Assembly (NCBI RefSeq): GCF_009914755.1
Contig: NC_060944.1
Direction: 5' to 3' (one strand)
Source: the human T2T-CHM13v2.0 reference genome, Homo sapiens
Length of the DNA stretch: 64,000 bases
In this document: positions 35,131 to 49,344 of the stretch, in pieces
Numbering within the stretch: the first letter of the stretch is position 1
How the letters are laid out: each line of letters starts with the position of its first letter
The notes under the pieces: generated by a model
What the model saw: the letters and a program-made list of their open reading frames with translations, nothing else
The model's database searches: none
Told to the model about the DNA's origin: nothing
Program-made: the position numbers and the translations under genes

Positions 35131-35504
35131 AAAGAGTTCTCCTGTTAGCTGAGATTAGCTTTCTCTGGAGCTGCCCAGCACATAGAGTTCTGATGATAAG
35201 TGGATTCATTCCGATCCCCATTCCTTTTACCGATGGAAGTCAGGTGGGGAAGGAGGGGAAGGGAGTTGGGTTTCAGGTAAGTATGCACTCAGGTATGAGA
35301 GGTACCTTTGCTTCCTGCCTTCACTGTGCTCCATGATAGACATGTATGATATCTGTGAGATGTAATTATAACAACTAAGGTTGGACTATGGATTGACAGA
35401 TGGTGTCTGGTGGTGATTTTTCTAAGCATCCTCTCTGACATTTCACATTACAAAAGATAGCATTTGCCTTTTATTTGATACTACTGAATGAGCTATTCGT
35501 TTTG

Positions 35505-35760
35505 TAGCCAGTAGAGCAAAAAGGTTAAGATACTAGCTCAGGCTTTAGACAGCATGGATTTGAATCCCAGGTCTGCTATTTACTGTGTAATTTCAAGCAA
35601 GTAACTTAATCCTTTCCACGATGCTGTTTTCCCATCTATGAAATGGTTGCAGTGAGTAGTACTGTCACATAGGGATATTGTCAGGATAGAATGAGTTAAT
35701 ACATAGAAAGCACTTGCAACAGTACCTGAACATAGTAAATACTCAGCAAATGTGAACTAC
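35505..35760. mobile_element. MIR
   Basis: ggatttgaatcccaggtctgctatttactgtg...caagtaacttaa...agtacctgaacatagtaaatactca. Confidence 0.75.
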
Positions 35761-36639
35761 GATGATTAAAAATCATTTTCTTTTAATGAGTGATGAGAAG
35801 TTATCATCTAAAATTGACTTGTTGTCATCTCAGCACTCTTCACTATAAAGGCAACTTTATAACGAAATATAATGCATTGTAAAGGCAATAAAAACGCAGC
35901 CTCATTTTGCAATACTGGGAGTTAAATCGGCATCAACAGCACTCCCCGTCTTCGGTATTGAGAGCTTACCTGGCTGGGTATGGATAACTTAGACAGCAAG
36001 AGAATTACTTCAGAATTAAGACTTCAGATTTCACCTGGGTTGGGCAGCTCCTGTTTTGAGCAACACTTTTCTCAATCCTGTTTCCAAATGTCTTCTTATG
36101 AAAATCAGGGCCATCGTTATTTTCCTTGTGGATTTTGAATAACTCATAGTTCTTAGGTAGACTTGACCCTTTCACAGGAAGTTTTTTCTTATAAAGCCTC
36201 TTATATTTTAGGGTGGAAGATTGCTCAGTCCTCCATCTCTTGGGTAAACAACCCACATCACACCTGGGCCATGTTTCTTTTGGGAAACCAAAGAGAATAA
36301 GGTACTCTTATTGAACATGGATGGTCAGTGCCGTCCTGGAAACAGGACAAAGCAGAGGTCTGTGGCCACCTTTGGCATGGTCTTATTTGTTTCGAGTACA
36401 AGTTGCTGTATCCTTTGGAAGAAGATTCCAGCTAATGAACACTAAAATACCCACAGAGACACAGAGAGCACACTTTAAGTATGAAGACAAAACTCAACTG
36501 TGAACAATTGTTGGGGTATGGGGAAGAAAGTAGATGCCCTGAGATGACCTTGGAGATAGCTTTTAACATCTTTAGAAGTTACCATTAAGAAGAAATCTCC
36601 AAGAAGATGACCTCTATTTTGAAAAGCATCTGGTCTATT

Positions 36640-37405
36640 CAAAAGTGTGCTTGCAAAGGAGAGAAATACAAAACTACCAATAGGCCAATGCCACACTAAT
36701 AATTGCTGCAGCCCAAATCCATCGATAGATGCTAAAACCAGAGGGCAAAATTTGAAGAGGAACAGGCTATTTTCATGGTCTAAGTACCCCATCCCAAGAT
36801 ATTTGCTAATTACAAAGAGGAAAAATAGTAAACTTATGGTGGAGAAACCAGACAGATAGCACTTTATCCAACAGATCAAGGTTAATATCACCAGTGATAC
36901 AACATTAACATCATACACGCTTGATATCATGTACTGAGAGAAGCCCAACATCACTTCGGTGGTATTCTTGCAAAAAAAAAAAATGCACAGTTTACTCTCA
37001 ATCATGAGAAAACACCAGATAAACCCAAATTGAAAGACATTTACAAGGTAACTGACCAGTACTCTTTACAAGTTTCAGGGTCATGAAAGATAAGGGAAGA
37101 CTGAGGGACTGTCCCAGATTGGAGAAGAAATAAGAAGATACAACTGAATGGAAAGTGGGGTCCTGGAGTTGGTCCTTGGCCAGAAGGACAGCAGTGGGGA
37201 AACCGGGGAAATCCAAGTAAAGTCTGTAGCTAGGAAGGTCACACCAGAGTTAATCTCCTGGTTTTGATAGTCACACAATGGTTATGTCAATATGTTAATA
37301 TTTGAGGAGTCTGGGTGAAGGGTAGATGGAAACTCTCTGAACTATTTTTGTAATTTTGGATAAGTCTAAAATAACTTCAAAATACAAAGTTAAAGAAAAA
37401 AATTT
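36640..37405 (+). mobile_element. L1MC/MD-like 3' fragment
   Basis: ggagaaaccagacagatagcactttatccaacagatcaaggttaatatcacc...taagtctaaaataacttcaaaata. Confidence 0.65.
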
Positions 37406-38836
37406 AAAAGTGTCCTTTTCAGCAGGAAGTCTCCAAATATAGAGAATTGTTTTGGTAGGTTTAATTGGCCTGGCAGATGAGAAGCCATAAACTGGCTTTT
37501 AAAAAAAGGAATTATAATACAGAAGTATTCAAAGCAGATTCTCCTTACCTTAAGGGAATAATTGAAATACCAAAAATAACAAATAAAAAAATCAAAGCTT
37601 GTCCTGTTGACAAAATATACCATTGATATCATGAAAGTAAACATTCAATAGCATATTATAAAATGTATTTATGAGTATGTGGAAAAGAACTTTATATTTG
37701 TCCAACTGACATCTTTTCATAGCACATCCCAAATCCTGACTTCTAAAAGCATCGTAGAAAACCTAGCGGTGTGTTTCTTTGGTTAAAGCTGTCTTTGTTA
37801 TCAAATTTGGCATTATAGGTGAGAAAAGAAAAAGAAATATGTATTTTTAAAAATTAAAAATAAGCCTGTCTTAACTCCAGAGAGAAAAATAAACAAAGGC
37901 TCATACAACCTGATTAAGAAGTTTTAAGATTCACTAAGGTACTGACATTGGGGAGACTGGTACAGGTGTGTATTTTTCTTTGACACACTCCTTTGCTTTT
38001 CACAGCGTTGGCCCAGGGCTTTTTGGAGTGCACGTTCCCTATTAACTTTTTCAGGAGAGCTGAGCACAGCCTATCACTTGGATCTTTATTAAACTAGAGC
38101 TCTCACAGGCTCCACATTCAAGATTCATTAGGTGACAAATGCCAGGAAGAAAGACGGATCATCTGGAAGGATCCTGGATTGTTAATGCACTTCAGAGTTC
38201 TCTGATCATGATGATTAATAATCTATGTAAAAGTGACATTTTAATGAACACCTTTCATTTCTACCATGCTTTATGGGCTTTATAGCATTTCCTCATTTTA
38301 TTTCATCAACAACCGCGAACATTGAGTACCTACCAGGAGTGGGACTCAGATTCTGCCCTTGAGTCACCGCCAGCCAAGCTGAGGAGTGCGGTGGATGCAC
38401 AGGACTAAACCCCTCCATCAGTTGAAAGAAAACCTAGAAATTGGGCACCAAGGTAGGAGAGAGATGCAGCCGTTTAGGGTAGATGGAAAGACTTTCTGGT
38501 ATAGGTCAGAAGGCTGTTCTAGGCCTGCAGTGGGGAAGTAGGTGGCAGGGGCAGGCACCCAGCCAGGGAAGTGAATGGTAGTGAAGCCCCGTGCCATGTT
38601 TTAAAGCAAGAATGTACAAAACCACATTTACAAAGGTTTATTTGAAACAATATGTAGAACCAGTCAAGACTGGTGGAAAAAACTGAAGAAAGAAGACTAA
38701 CTGGTACCTGTTATTAATAAAATTAGCTGATACTCATTAAGAGGTCACTTAACCAGAGCCCATGCTAAAGGCTTTATGCAAATAATCACATTTAATATAG
38801 TCCAGTATTCCTCAGAGCTAAACTCGGGTTAGTTGA

Positions 38837-39211
<375 letters not shown>

Positions 39212-39589
39212 TAATGAGGGAGATGACTTTGTACTAAACACCCACAACAGACAGGTGCTGTACTCAGTGCTTTGCAGCCCAGTGCTTTGCCTGGACTTGT
39301 TGGGAGAATGGGCAGGGGAAGAAGTGAATCAGCACTCTGAATGCAGACATCCTTGAAATATTTTGTCAGCTTGTGAGCCTGAAGATAAGGCTGTACTGCT
39401 AATGTATCAGGAAAGACCAAGAGGGCAGCCAGTGGAGAGGGAGAAGGGGCACTGTTTTGCTTTGAGTAAGCTGGGGACCACTTCCTCGTGTTGGGGGGAA
39501 AACAATGATACGCAGTAAAAGAAGAAAAAAGGGCCAGTCTCCTTAAATTTCACCGAAATAGTGCAAACTACAATTTTTCAAGAATATAA

Positions 39590-39991
<402 letters not shown>

Positions 39992-42189
39992 TAGTAATGT
40001 CCTTTATTTTCTGAAGTCTGGTATAAAAGGCAGGAATTTTTGTTCATATTAAAAAGTCATCTGGAATAGTTTCAGAATTTTATGTCTCAAATTACTGCCT
40101 TTTATTTTTGTGATTAATTGTGTTTGAAAAGATACATATTTTTAGCTATTCTTGTTATTATTGCTGGAATTATGCATGTAGAAATATACATTCAAACAAT
40201 GTAGGAGGCACAAAATGGGCAGTTTAAATCGCCTCGACCTACTCCGCAGAGACTGCTTTTAATTCTGGTGGTTATTCACACTGCATTTAAATTGTTTATT
40301 TAACTCAGAAAGGACACATAGTTTTAATGCTTATTAAGAGTTTCATTGTGTACAAAATGGTATAGCATATTGTGTCAATTTTATGAAGAGGCAATGGCCC
40401 ATAATACGTTTTAGACACAGACTTTATTGAAATTTTCAGCAGAAAGCTCTAAAATGTCGATATTAAATGTAAAAGTATGTTTTTAGTACATGCCACAACC
40501 ATGAACAGCTTCATTCTATTACTAAACGGTCATTAAAATATTCATCCAAATTCTATTTGAATAACTTTCATGTCTTGTAAAATCTGAAGAACATTTTAAA
40601 TTGATGGGGTATTAGAATGTTGAAAGAAATACATTTGCTTTTAAGACCAGCCTTATCAGAATTCGTGAAGGCTATATTGTGGCATAAATGTATATATTAT
40701 AAATGTTGGGGAAACAAAAAGAAAAAATCATATAAGAGTGGATAACTTCCTGTTGAATATAATATTACCAGTTTTTTTTTTTGGGGATTTTTATTAAAGC
40801 ATTCAGTATTGTCTTCTCGTACTTTTCAGCCACATAGTTGAACTCAAATCAGAACATGATCCTCCAACTTTATATTCATTAACAGTAAGGATTCAGACAA
40901 GTGTGGATTGCCTTGTTTATGTTGTGGCCTCTGCATGTGAACCCTCTGGGTTACTGCTGCAACACGGATTTTCATCCGCCTCCTCATTTGATTAATTAAC
41001 CCAGCTTCGGTCATTGTTTCAGCAGCCCCTGCACAGGCAGCCTCTCCGCCCTGGCCCACCAAGTCTCCACTAGAACCTCTTTCATTTCACCCAGGGAGTC
41101 TGGGGAAGGCGCTGGACAGCGGTGTTCATAATTCCTTTGTCTAATTGCATAGGATCAGGGTGATAAAGTTTAAAAGGGTGTTTGCATCAAGAGTGGTTAT
41201 TTCAATTTGCCCTGTTAAATTTTCACCTTTTGCTGATAGATAGCATGCCTAATTTTATGAAATGCCATTATGTTCACAGAAAGGAGATGGGAGTGGGGAA
41301 GGGTTAACATAAGAGCAAATGCTGCAGCACATCTCAGCCCCTCACCCAGCCTACATGTCCATTAAGACCAAAATTCTACCTCAGGGCAGAGCTGCCCTTC
41401 AATACTGTTCCTTCTGTTGTCTCACCGTGTTGTAGCCCATGGTGACCGCAGGGGCTCTGACACAGAGAGCAGTCCTCTGCCTTCCATGGCACCCTCCCAG
41501 GGGAGGGGGAAGTCCTGGCTGGTCCTTTCCTTTCCTTGACTCACCCGGGGTTGGCACAAAGGGCAGCTGGTGGGGGAGGGGCAGAGGTGCCGGAGCAAAG
41601 GGACTCTGTCACCCTTTGCAGGATAAGAGTCCTTAATCTGCAGTCCCTCATCCCCAAGGGGTAGAATTACCTCTTAATCTAATTTACTTTATAACCTAAA
41701 CTCATTCTTCTGAGAAGGGTTCTATAGGAGTCTTCAGCCTGGCAAAGGGGCCTGTGGGACACAAAGTGTTAAGAACCTCTGGAAGGTGGCACCATTCTTC
41801 CCTCCAGCTGAGCAGTAATGGCCATTTCTTACTGCTCAGCCACTCTCTTTGCTTCCCCCCACCCCAATTCCAGCCAGATACATAGTAAGGAATCAATCAA
41901 GACTCACATTTTTAAAATCTCTTTATTATTTGTGGAATTTTACACAGCCTGAGGCATTTTTGATAGAGGGCATAGAGTGTGTGAAGAGATAAATCTACAT
42001 TGCCACTCCCAGCCCATTCTGTAACCCCTGCCACTGCGGCTGTTCATTTCAGAGTGGGCTGAGGTTCCACAGAGCAGCTGAAGAGCTGTGAATGGTGGTT
42101 AATTGCAGTGATGTTAATTAGCATGTTATAGGAGGTAAGAAGAGGGGATTCACATTTCTCTTTTTACTGCTTCAAACAAATGATCTAGA

Positions 42190-42395
42190 TCTTTGCTACA
42201 TAAGCCACTGGCCACATGTGGCTATTTAAATGGAAATTAATAACAATTAAAGAAAAATTAAAGATCAGTTCCTCGATCACACTAGCTACATTTCTAGCGC
42301 TTGATAGCCACATGTGGCTAGTGGCTGCCATATTGGAGAACATGGATACAGTACATTTCCATCACCGCAAATATCCATGGACAGTGGTGCTGCTA
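42190..42395. mobile_element. MER3-like hAT-Charlie MITE
   Basis: gccactggccacatgtggctatt...gccacatgtggctagtggctgccatattgga internal palindromes. Confidence 0.7.
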
Positions 42396-43204
42396 GTTCT
42401 CTACCTCGCTCACCTGCTGACTTCAGAGCCTAGCCTGGGCCTGTCCTTCTGGCTTCCTCCTTCCCCCGCCCCCCACCCCACTCCTTTGTCTCCCATCCTC
42501 ATGCCTCTCCCCACCTCCCTCACCCCACTGATATCCTTGTCATGGAAAGGTGTGACAGGGTTCCTGCTGTGAGTTCAGCTCCACCGTTTTGAAGTGGTTC
42601 AGCATATTAACTACCTACCTCCCTGCGATGCCCTGTGAATTAGGAAGGGCAGGCATATCCTTTTCTATTTTTTCGGTAACCAGTGGGGAAACGGGCTCAG
42701 AGAGCAGCGATAAGTAATTAACTTGTCCAAGGTTGCACATGGACAAAAGCCATCTTCTGATTTCTGGTACAGGCTTTTTTCTCATGGTTTGTGCTTTGTA
42801 AATGTTTAGGGCAGTCATAGTCTTAATTTTAAAGACACTATGTTCAACATTTCCTGTGTCTCTCAGCAGGGTTTCACTGTGGAAGTGCACGAGAGTGCAG
42901 CAGGGAGACCTCGCTGACCGTCTCGCTCCTCAGCCACAGGCCACCTGGCTTTGTCAGTTTCCTTATCTGGAAAATTCGTGGAGGGAGTCATTACAAAATG
43001 ATGCTAAGATTTCCTCTGGTTCCAATATTCAACATATTTTTTGATTACTTTTTACTCATATGGCTTGATTTATTTCCCAAATGATTCAAGGACCCTTTTC
43101 AAAAGGTCCTCCCCTTGATCTGGAGCGGCCGTCACTGTGGCAGCTACCTACTGACAGTGCAATAGCAGGCCATCTCTAGGGTGACACCTGGAATTGCCTG
43201 CCAA

Positions 43205-43360
43205 GCCCTTGCCACCCAAAGTGTGGTCCTGCCCCAGCAGCACCAGCGTCTCCCTGGAGCTCATGAGAAATGCAGAATGCCAGGGCTGCTGAACACGAAT
43301 CTGCATTTTATCCAAATCCCAGGTGATTCGTTTGTATCCCAAAGCTTGAGGAACTGTGAT
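43205..43360. mobile_element. MER5A-like MITE (similar pieces at ~9830-10110)
   Basis: aaagtgtggtcc...cagcagcaccagc...agaaatgcagaat...gaatctgcatttta...atccccaggtgattc...aagcttgaggaac. Confidence 0.7.
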
Positions 43361-43949
43361 CCAGGCCCTGGGGAAGCAAGAATGAGCACAACTCACCTGA
43401 GTAGAACTCGGCCAGAGGGGAATCAAGCAGACATGGGGGACGTGCCCAGCTCCAGACCCTCCTAGCCACACTGGAACATGGCTGTCCCCTCAGGGTTTGT
43501 CCAGGTGAGTCTGAGCTCCTTCCCTGGGTACAGTCATTCTTTCGGTGTGGAGAACACCTTTGGCTCTGGAGTCTATTTACTCAGGGACTCATTGTCTGCA
43601 CTCACAGCCTCTTTCCTCCATCTCATTAATACGCAGTTGAAGCACTCTGATTTGCAGCAGGCTTTTTACGCACACCCTATGGTCCTGTAAGATCTTTAAA
43701 GTTAGGATTAGAATACTGGTTCTACAGGATACACCTAGAGTTAGGTGGACCTTGGGCCATGTGCTTATAAGTCCCCAAAAGGCTCAAGGGAATGCTGACT
43801 TTACATTCTGGGAGTCCACAGGAGGCCTAGAGAAACATGAGGGAAGGAAGAACAGGATTTCATCAGATTGGGATTTGGGAAATGGCTGTTTCAAATAGAG
43901 GAGAGGACAAGGTGGGATTTAGTGTACAAAGACCCAAGGCGCCGTCCTC

Positions 43950-44740
43950 AGAGGCACAGAGAGCATCATCATGTCATCCAAGCCCTATGGAGATGGGTGA
44001 CCGGGATGTTCTGGGGCTGATACTGGACACCTGCCTGCTCCTGGGAGGGAAACGGTGATCCATCTGCAGAAGCCCCTGGCCATGGTGGCAGCCAATGGCT
44101 GGATGTGAAATTCAAGCTAGACGTGGACATTCCTAATCTGCCTTACCTCACAGATGGGAAGAACAGGATCGTCCACAATCCTGGACATCCTGGATCGTCC
44201 CGCGGCGCTCACAAGCACGCTTCTTCAGAGTGCTGAGACTGAAGAAGGAAAGGTGCCAGGAGACATCAGGGAGGACCAAATGGTGGAATACCACCTGCAG
44301 CTGAAACAGCTCCACCATGACCCTGACATGAAACATGGAAGCCTCCATACTCGGAACTGCAACCTGGGCAGCTGAAACATTTCTCCTTGTTTCTGAGGAA
44401 GTCATGGTTTCCAGGGGGAAAGCTCACCTTTTTGGATATTCTTACCTGTGATGTCTTAGATCAGAACTGTATGTTTGAGCTCAAGTGCCTGTATGAGTTC
44501 CCAAATCTGAGGACTTCATGCACCACATTGCAGCTTTGGAGGAAAGAGCTGCCCCTGTGCAATCTGCCTGTTCTTCGGGATGCCAGTCAGCAGCGAGATG
44601 GCCCAGTGGGGACCAAGAGCGTATGCTGAGCAGGACACAGATGCACACTGCGTGTTTCGTTCCATCCTGTCTCTAGGGGCCTGCACTCTATCTTCTCTGC
44701 TCTTTTCAATAGCATTTAGGCTAAAAAACAAAACAGAAAA
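43950..44740 (+). pseudogene. GSTM3P1: Processed pseudogene of glutathione S-transferase mu 3
   Basis: ATG remnant at 43971; SQWLDVKFKLDVDIPNLPYLTDGKN (~44092-44166), SWFPGGKLTFLDILTCDVLDQNCMFELKCLYEFPNL and MPVSSEMAQWG match GSTM3; TGA at 44627-44629; intronless, frameshifted; A-rich tail remnant 44723-44740. Confidence 0.92.
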
Positions 44741-44777
44741 GTCTGAAGCAGAGAGAAATTCAAGATAGAACTCTAAG

Positions 44778-45115
44778 ACCAGGTGGCTTAAACAACAGAA
44801 ATGTATTTTCTTACAGTTCTGGAGGCTGGAAGTCTAGGATCAAGGTGTCAGGAGGGCTGGTTTCTTCTGAGGCCTCTCTCCTTGGCTTGCAAGTGGCATT
44901 TCCTTCCCATGTCCTCACATGCCCTCCCCTCTGCGTGTCTGTACCGATTTCTTCTTCTGCTAAAGACACCGGTCATACTGAAGTAGGGCCTACCCTAATG
45001 AATTCATTTTAACCCAGTTAGCTCTTTAAAGGTTCTATTTCTAAATATGGTCACATTTTAAGATACTGGGGGTTAGGACTTCAACATGAATTTTGGGGCA
45101 CATGGCTCAGCCACT
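44778..45115. mobile_element. MaLR LTR (MLT1B/C-like)
   Basis: ggtggcttaaacaacagaaatgtattttcttacagttctggaggctggaagtc...ggttaggacttcaacatgaattttgggg. Confidence 0.75.
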
Positions 45116-46495
45116 CATCTCCACAGCCTCTTCTGAGGAATGAGAGTGGCTCTTTCTGCATGCAGTTGTCACACCCTGTGCCTGTGTCATGTGTCCCTGT
45201 GCCTTGAGTGTCCAAGTCAAAAGTAACCATATGGGCTGGACTTCGAGAAGCCACTTGCCCCTCAGGTGTTTTGGACACTGAACCTGACCAATGGGGGCTC
45301 TGCAAACCGGGGGTGCCTCCCTGACCCAGTCAGATTCTCCCTCTAGGAAGGGGGACTGCCACATTCTGGGAGCTCCTTTGTCATAGGAAAAGATCAAGTC
45401 ACTGGCTTTGAGGATGGGTCCTGAGGGAACAAGTGCCATAGTTCTGGACCTGCACGAGGGCAGCTGTGTGTCCCAGGCTTGGCCATGAGAAGCCAGAGAG
45501 ATGGGCCAGCTGCTGTTTAGTCTCCATGTCCCTCACTACGTAGTTCCCTGTGCTAACTGCCTCCTTGCAGCCCAAAAACTCTACTTAGTACAGAAGGACG
45601 CATCAACAATGGACATTCCCAAGGAACACATGGGGAAAGAGGCCATTAAAATAGGCCCTGAAGTCATGAGTGACCTCTGGAGACCAATGCTAGGTCTAAG
45701 ATAAAGGCAGAGTAACAGCTCAAGTGTCTGTGTCTTTGGGGTCCCCCAGATGCAGACCCTGAGACAAAGATTCATGTGCAAGTAGTTAATGGGGACCAAC
45801 AAGGAAATGGAAAAATGAGAAAGTGAAGGGAAAAAGAATCAACACGAGAGGTGGTAATGAGAAGATTGCCACTGAAGACAACTAGGGCTCAGTCCCACTG
45901 GGGGCCTGTGGGAAATGGCGAACATGTCTCAGGGTTGTTCCACCTGGGGCCAGGAAGCTGGGCCATATATCCTGCAACCTCCACCTGAAACTGCGTGAAG
46001 ACCATGAACTCCCCAGCCCTAGCCACCTGTCTAATGGGCCCAGCACCCTCCTGCTCACCTCCAGGCAGAGACTTGCAGATGCTGGCAGCGGGAAGCCAGC
46101 ACAAGGGAAAAGGGAGTGCACAGGGGCTGTGGGCAGTGGCTGCATTCTGCGGCAAGCTCTGCCTCCTCCCCTGAGTCACAGAGCAGGAGTTCCAACCACA
46201 GCTCTCTCTGCTCAAAGCAGCTGGCTGTTCACTGGGTGAAAAGGACTGCTGATTTCTGAGCGATGCCTTGTGGTCAGACCATCAAGTATCAGATCCTCTG
46301 TCACAGACACAAAAAGCTGATTCCTTTTGTTTTACCTTCTACATCTAACTATCCTTCATTTCATACCCATTCCACACAATTCATCTTACCCTACAGAGGC
46401 TGATGGGGTAATTCTTTTATTTTGTAGCTAGTAAAGAAACATGGAGAGATCTGGAAGTAGATACTTAAGTAAAATTCCTTTTAATAATTCTTGTG

Positions 46496-46800
46496 GTTAG
46501 ACACAGTGGCTCACATTTGTAATCCCAGTGCTTTGGGAGGCCAAGGTGGGAGGATAGCTTGAGGCCAGGAGTTTGAGACCAACCTTGGAAACACAGTGAG
46601 ACCACATCTCTACACAAAAATAAAAAATAGCTGGGCACGGTGGTGCCTGCCCGTGGTCCCAGCTCTTGGGAAGGCTGAGACAGGAGGCTCTTTTGAGCCC
46701 AGGAGTTCAAGGCTGCAATGAGCTATGATAGCATCAATGAACTACATCCTGGGTGTCAGAGCGAGATCCTGTCTCAGAAAAAAAATGAAACAAAACAAAG
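46496..46800 (+). mobile_element. AluJ (last Alu before the NKX2-2 CpG domain)
   Basis: Diverged dimer with gagcccaggagttcaaggctgcaatgagctatgat. Confidence 0.88.
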
Positions 46801-47899
46801 CAAAAAGTTGCAAATCTCTCAGATTAGGGAGCCCAACACTATGCACAGAAGAACAAGTTAACTTATTTTACCTTTTCCCCACATTAGGCAAAAAAGTAAT
46901 CATTTAATTAAAGCAGTAAGATCAATTGGCTACTGAAAAATCTATTTTTTGGTACACATTATCATCCTGGGGGGAGAGGGGAGTTGCTCATGTCATCGAA
47001 ACCATGGAAGGCCCAGGCCCAGGCCCAGGAGTGAGAACAGGCTCCGGAGCGTGCCCCTCAGGTGCACCCTCAGCCTACTCCCCCTCAGTTCTCAGGGGAC
47101 ACTCGCTGGCCGAGATGGCCACTTGGCACCCAGTGGAGGTGCTGGTGTACATACAGGCTTCCCCGAGGATGACAAGGGGTTGGCCCAGCCCCCACCAACC
47201 AGGATGGGACCTGGGCACTGGCTGCCAGAGGAGAACTGGCAGAACCCTGCCCTGTGGAGAAGTCACCTAACTGCCTTCTGCAGAGTGGGAGGGCATCTTT
47301 GTCCTCCCCCACCCCTGCCCACTCTTCTGGAATAGGAGAGGACGCCCTGGTAGATCCCACCTCCACTCCCAGAATGCTTTTCTTTGTCAGAACACTGGCT
47401 TGATTATAAGATCGGGTGCTTAACTTCTCTGAAACAGGCTCCTCTGCAGAAGGACAGATTGGCTATGATGATCTGATTAGACGACGAGGAGAAGCAGCCT
47501 GGCCTAGAAGGTGCTCAGTACGTGGCAGCGGTGATGGTCATCGTCTTCAGGTGCGAGAGAGGCTGGGGTCAGCGACCTGGGGCTTTCTTTGTATCATTTT
47601 ATGAAGAAAGGTAAAAATACCACAGGCGAGAACAAGCAGCAAAGGGCGGATGAGATTTTTCATCTGCAGCTTTGAATTGATACCTTTAAGTATTGAGCTA
47701 TTCTTTTGTTAGGACAGAACACGTTATTCCATTAGAAGAGAACATTTTGGGGTGGTGGAAGTGTTCCACGTCCTGTGTGGGGTGACAGTTACACGCATGT
47801 CACATCAGCAGTCTGAGGAGGGAGGGGAGAAGGGCCGGGCTGGATACCTTCAGCCTCTTCATCGCACTCCAGGCACCAAGTGCAAGGGCAGGGAGTTTT

Positions 47900-49307
47900 C
47901 ATTATTTAGGGAATGCAGCCCTGGTGTAGAGGACACCTCGCGGAGACATCTCGAGTCCCGCAGGTGTCTGAGCTGCGCTGCGCGCCCCAGCCGGGAAGCC
48001 TTTTCTTATCCAACCGCGCCGCCCCGCGGAAAGCCTGGGTACTGCAGACGCCCTCACCGGCCCACCGACAGCTGGTTTTGAAGCGGGGGCTTAGAAAAGT
48101 AAAGGGGACAGTGTTTGGAGCCACGATGCCTTTGATGTGAGGCGGTTCCACCCAACAATCAACGAATCAAGCTGGAACTGCAGGCCCTACTTTTGTTGGG
48201 GGGAGGACCTTAAGGAATGTCACCCCCTTGTCCCCTACCCTCTGCCCCACGCCCAGCCTCTCAGAAGGCACCAGGCGTGAGTAGAGTGCGAGGCGTCCAC
48301 ACCCTCGTGTCCCTTCCATTCCCGGACACCTTTGCACCCTAGCCGAGGCCTCAGCACGGAGTGAGGGTTGCCTGGGGTGCCCTGCTGTGTGTGGGGCGTT
48401 CTTGCCTCCCGGGCCCTGACCCCACGGTCTGGGTCGGCGAGGCGTCTCTCCCTGGCGTCTGGACTGTGCGCCTGCCCCGCTTCCAGGCGACGAACGGCAG
48501 GAGCCGGGGGTCCGGCGGGACCCGGATCCAGGGCGGGCGGAAGGCGAGGGTCTCTCCTTCCCGGAACCCCCGCCCCGGAAACCTGCAACCAAACCGGGTC
48601 CCTCCTCCGCATCGCTCCCGCGCTCCCGGGCCGCCTCCCCACGCGGGCACCCACTCTCCGGGCCCTCGCAGCACCGCCCTCTCCGCGTCCACCCGCGCGG
48701 CCGACGCCGCCAGGGGCCCTGAGATCGCGGAGACAGCGCGCCCTGGCGCCTGGTGGGGCCCTCCCAGTGGCCAGAGCGCTCCTGGACCAGTCGGCTGTGG
48801 TCTGTGCCCAAACACGATGGAAACCGGGGCTGGGACGGGCGGTGGTACGCACGTGGAGGAGAAGAGGCATGGCGGGAAAACCACAGCCGAACACAGGTCG
48901 ACTCGCACCTCCCAGGCACCCGCCGCCGTCTGACTCGCGGCTCTCCCCAAGGTTCCGACTCGCCGCCACCTCTTGGCACCACTCACCGGGCTCCGACCCG
49001 GGCCGCGAGTCCGCTGATGCGCAGCTGCCTCCGGCGGCTCCCGGGCTCTGCCCGGACCCGCGCGCAGAGACGCTCGGGAACGCTGGGCTCGGGCGCCTCC
49101 TGGCGGCGGCAGCACGCGGCACACGCTCGGTTCTCCGGCCCGAGGGGGCGCGTGGAGCGTACGCGGGATCCGCGCGCGGGCCTGGGCTGCTGGCCCACAT
49201 TTCCCCGCTTGCTCGGATGGCGGCGCTGAGGCCTATTCGCCTCTTTATTAATAACGATGCCTCGGGAGGGAAAAAATAGAGCCTTTAAAAATCAGAGTGC
49301 GAGAGAG

Positions 49308-49344
<37 letters not shown>

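Noticed and set aside
48167-49279. Long overlapping ORFs (190-321 aa) in several frames on both strands
   Set aside because: Pro/Arg/Gly/Ala-rich, no recognisable domain; expected from stop-codon scarcity in a CpG island
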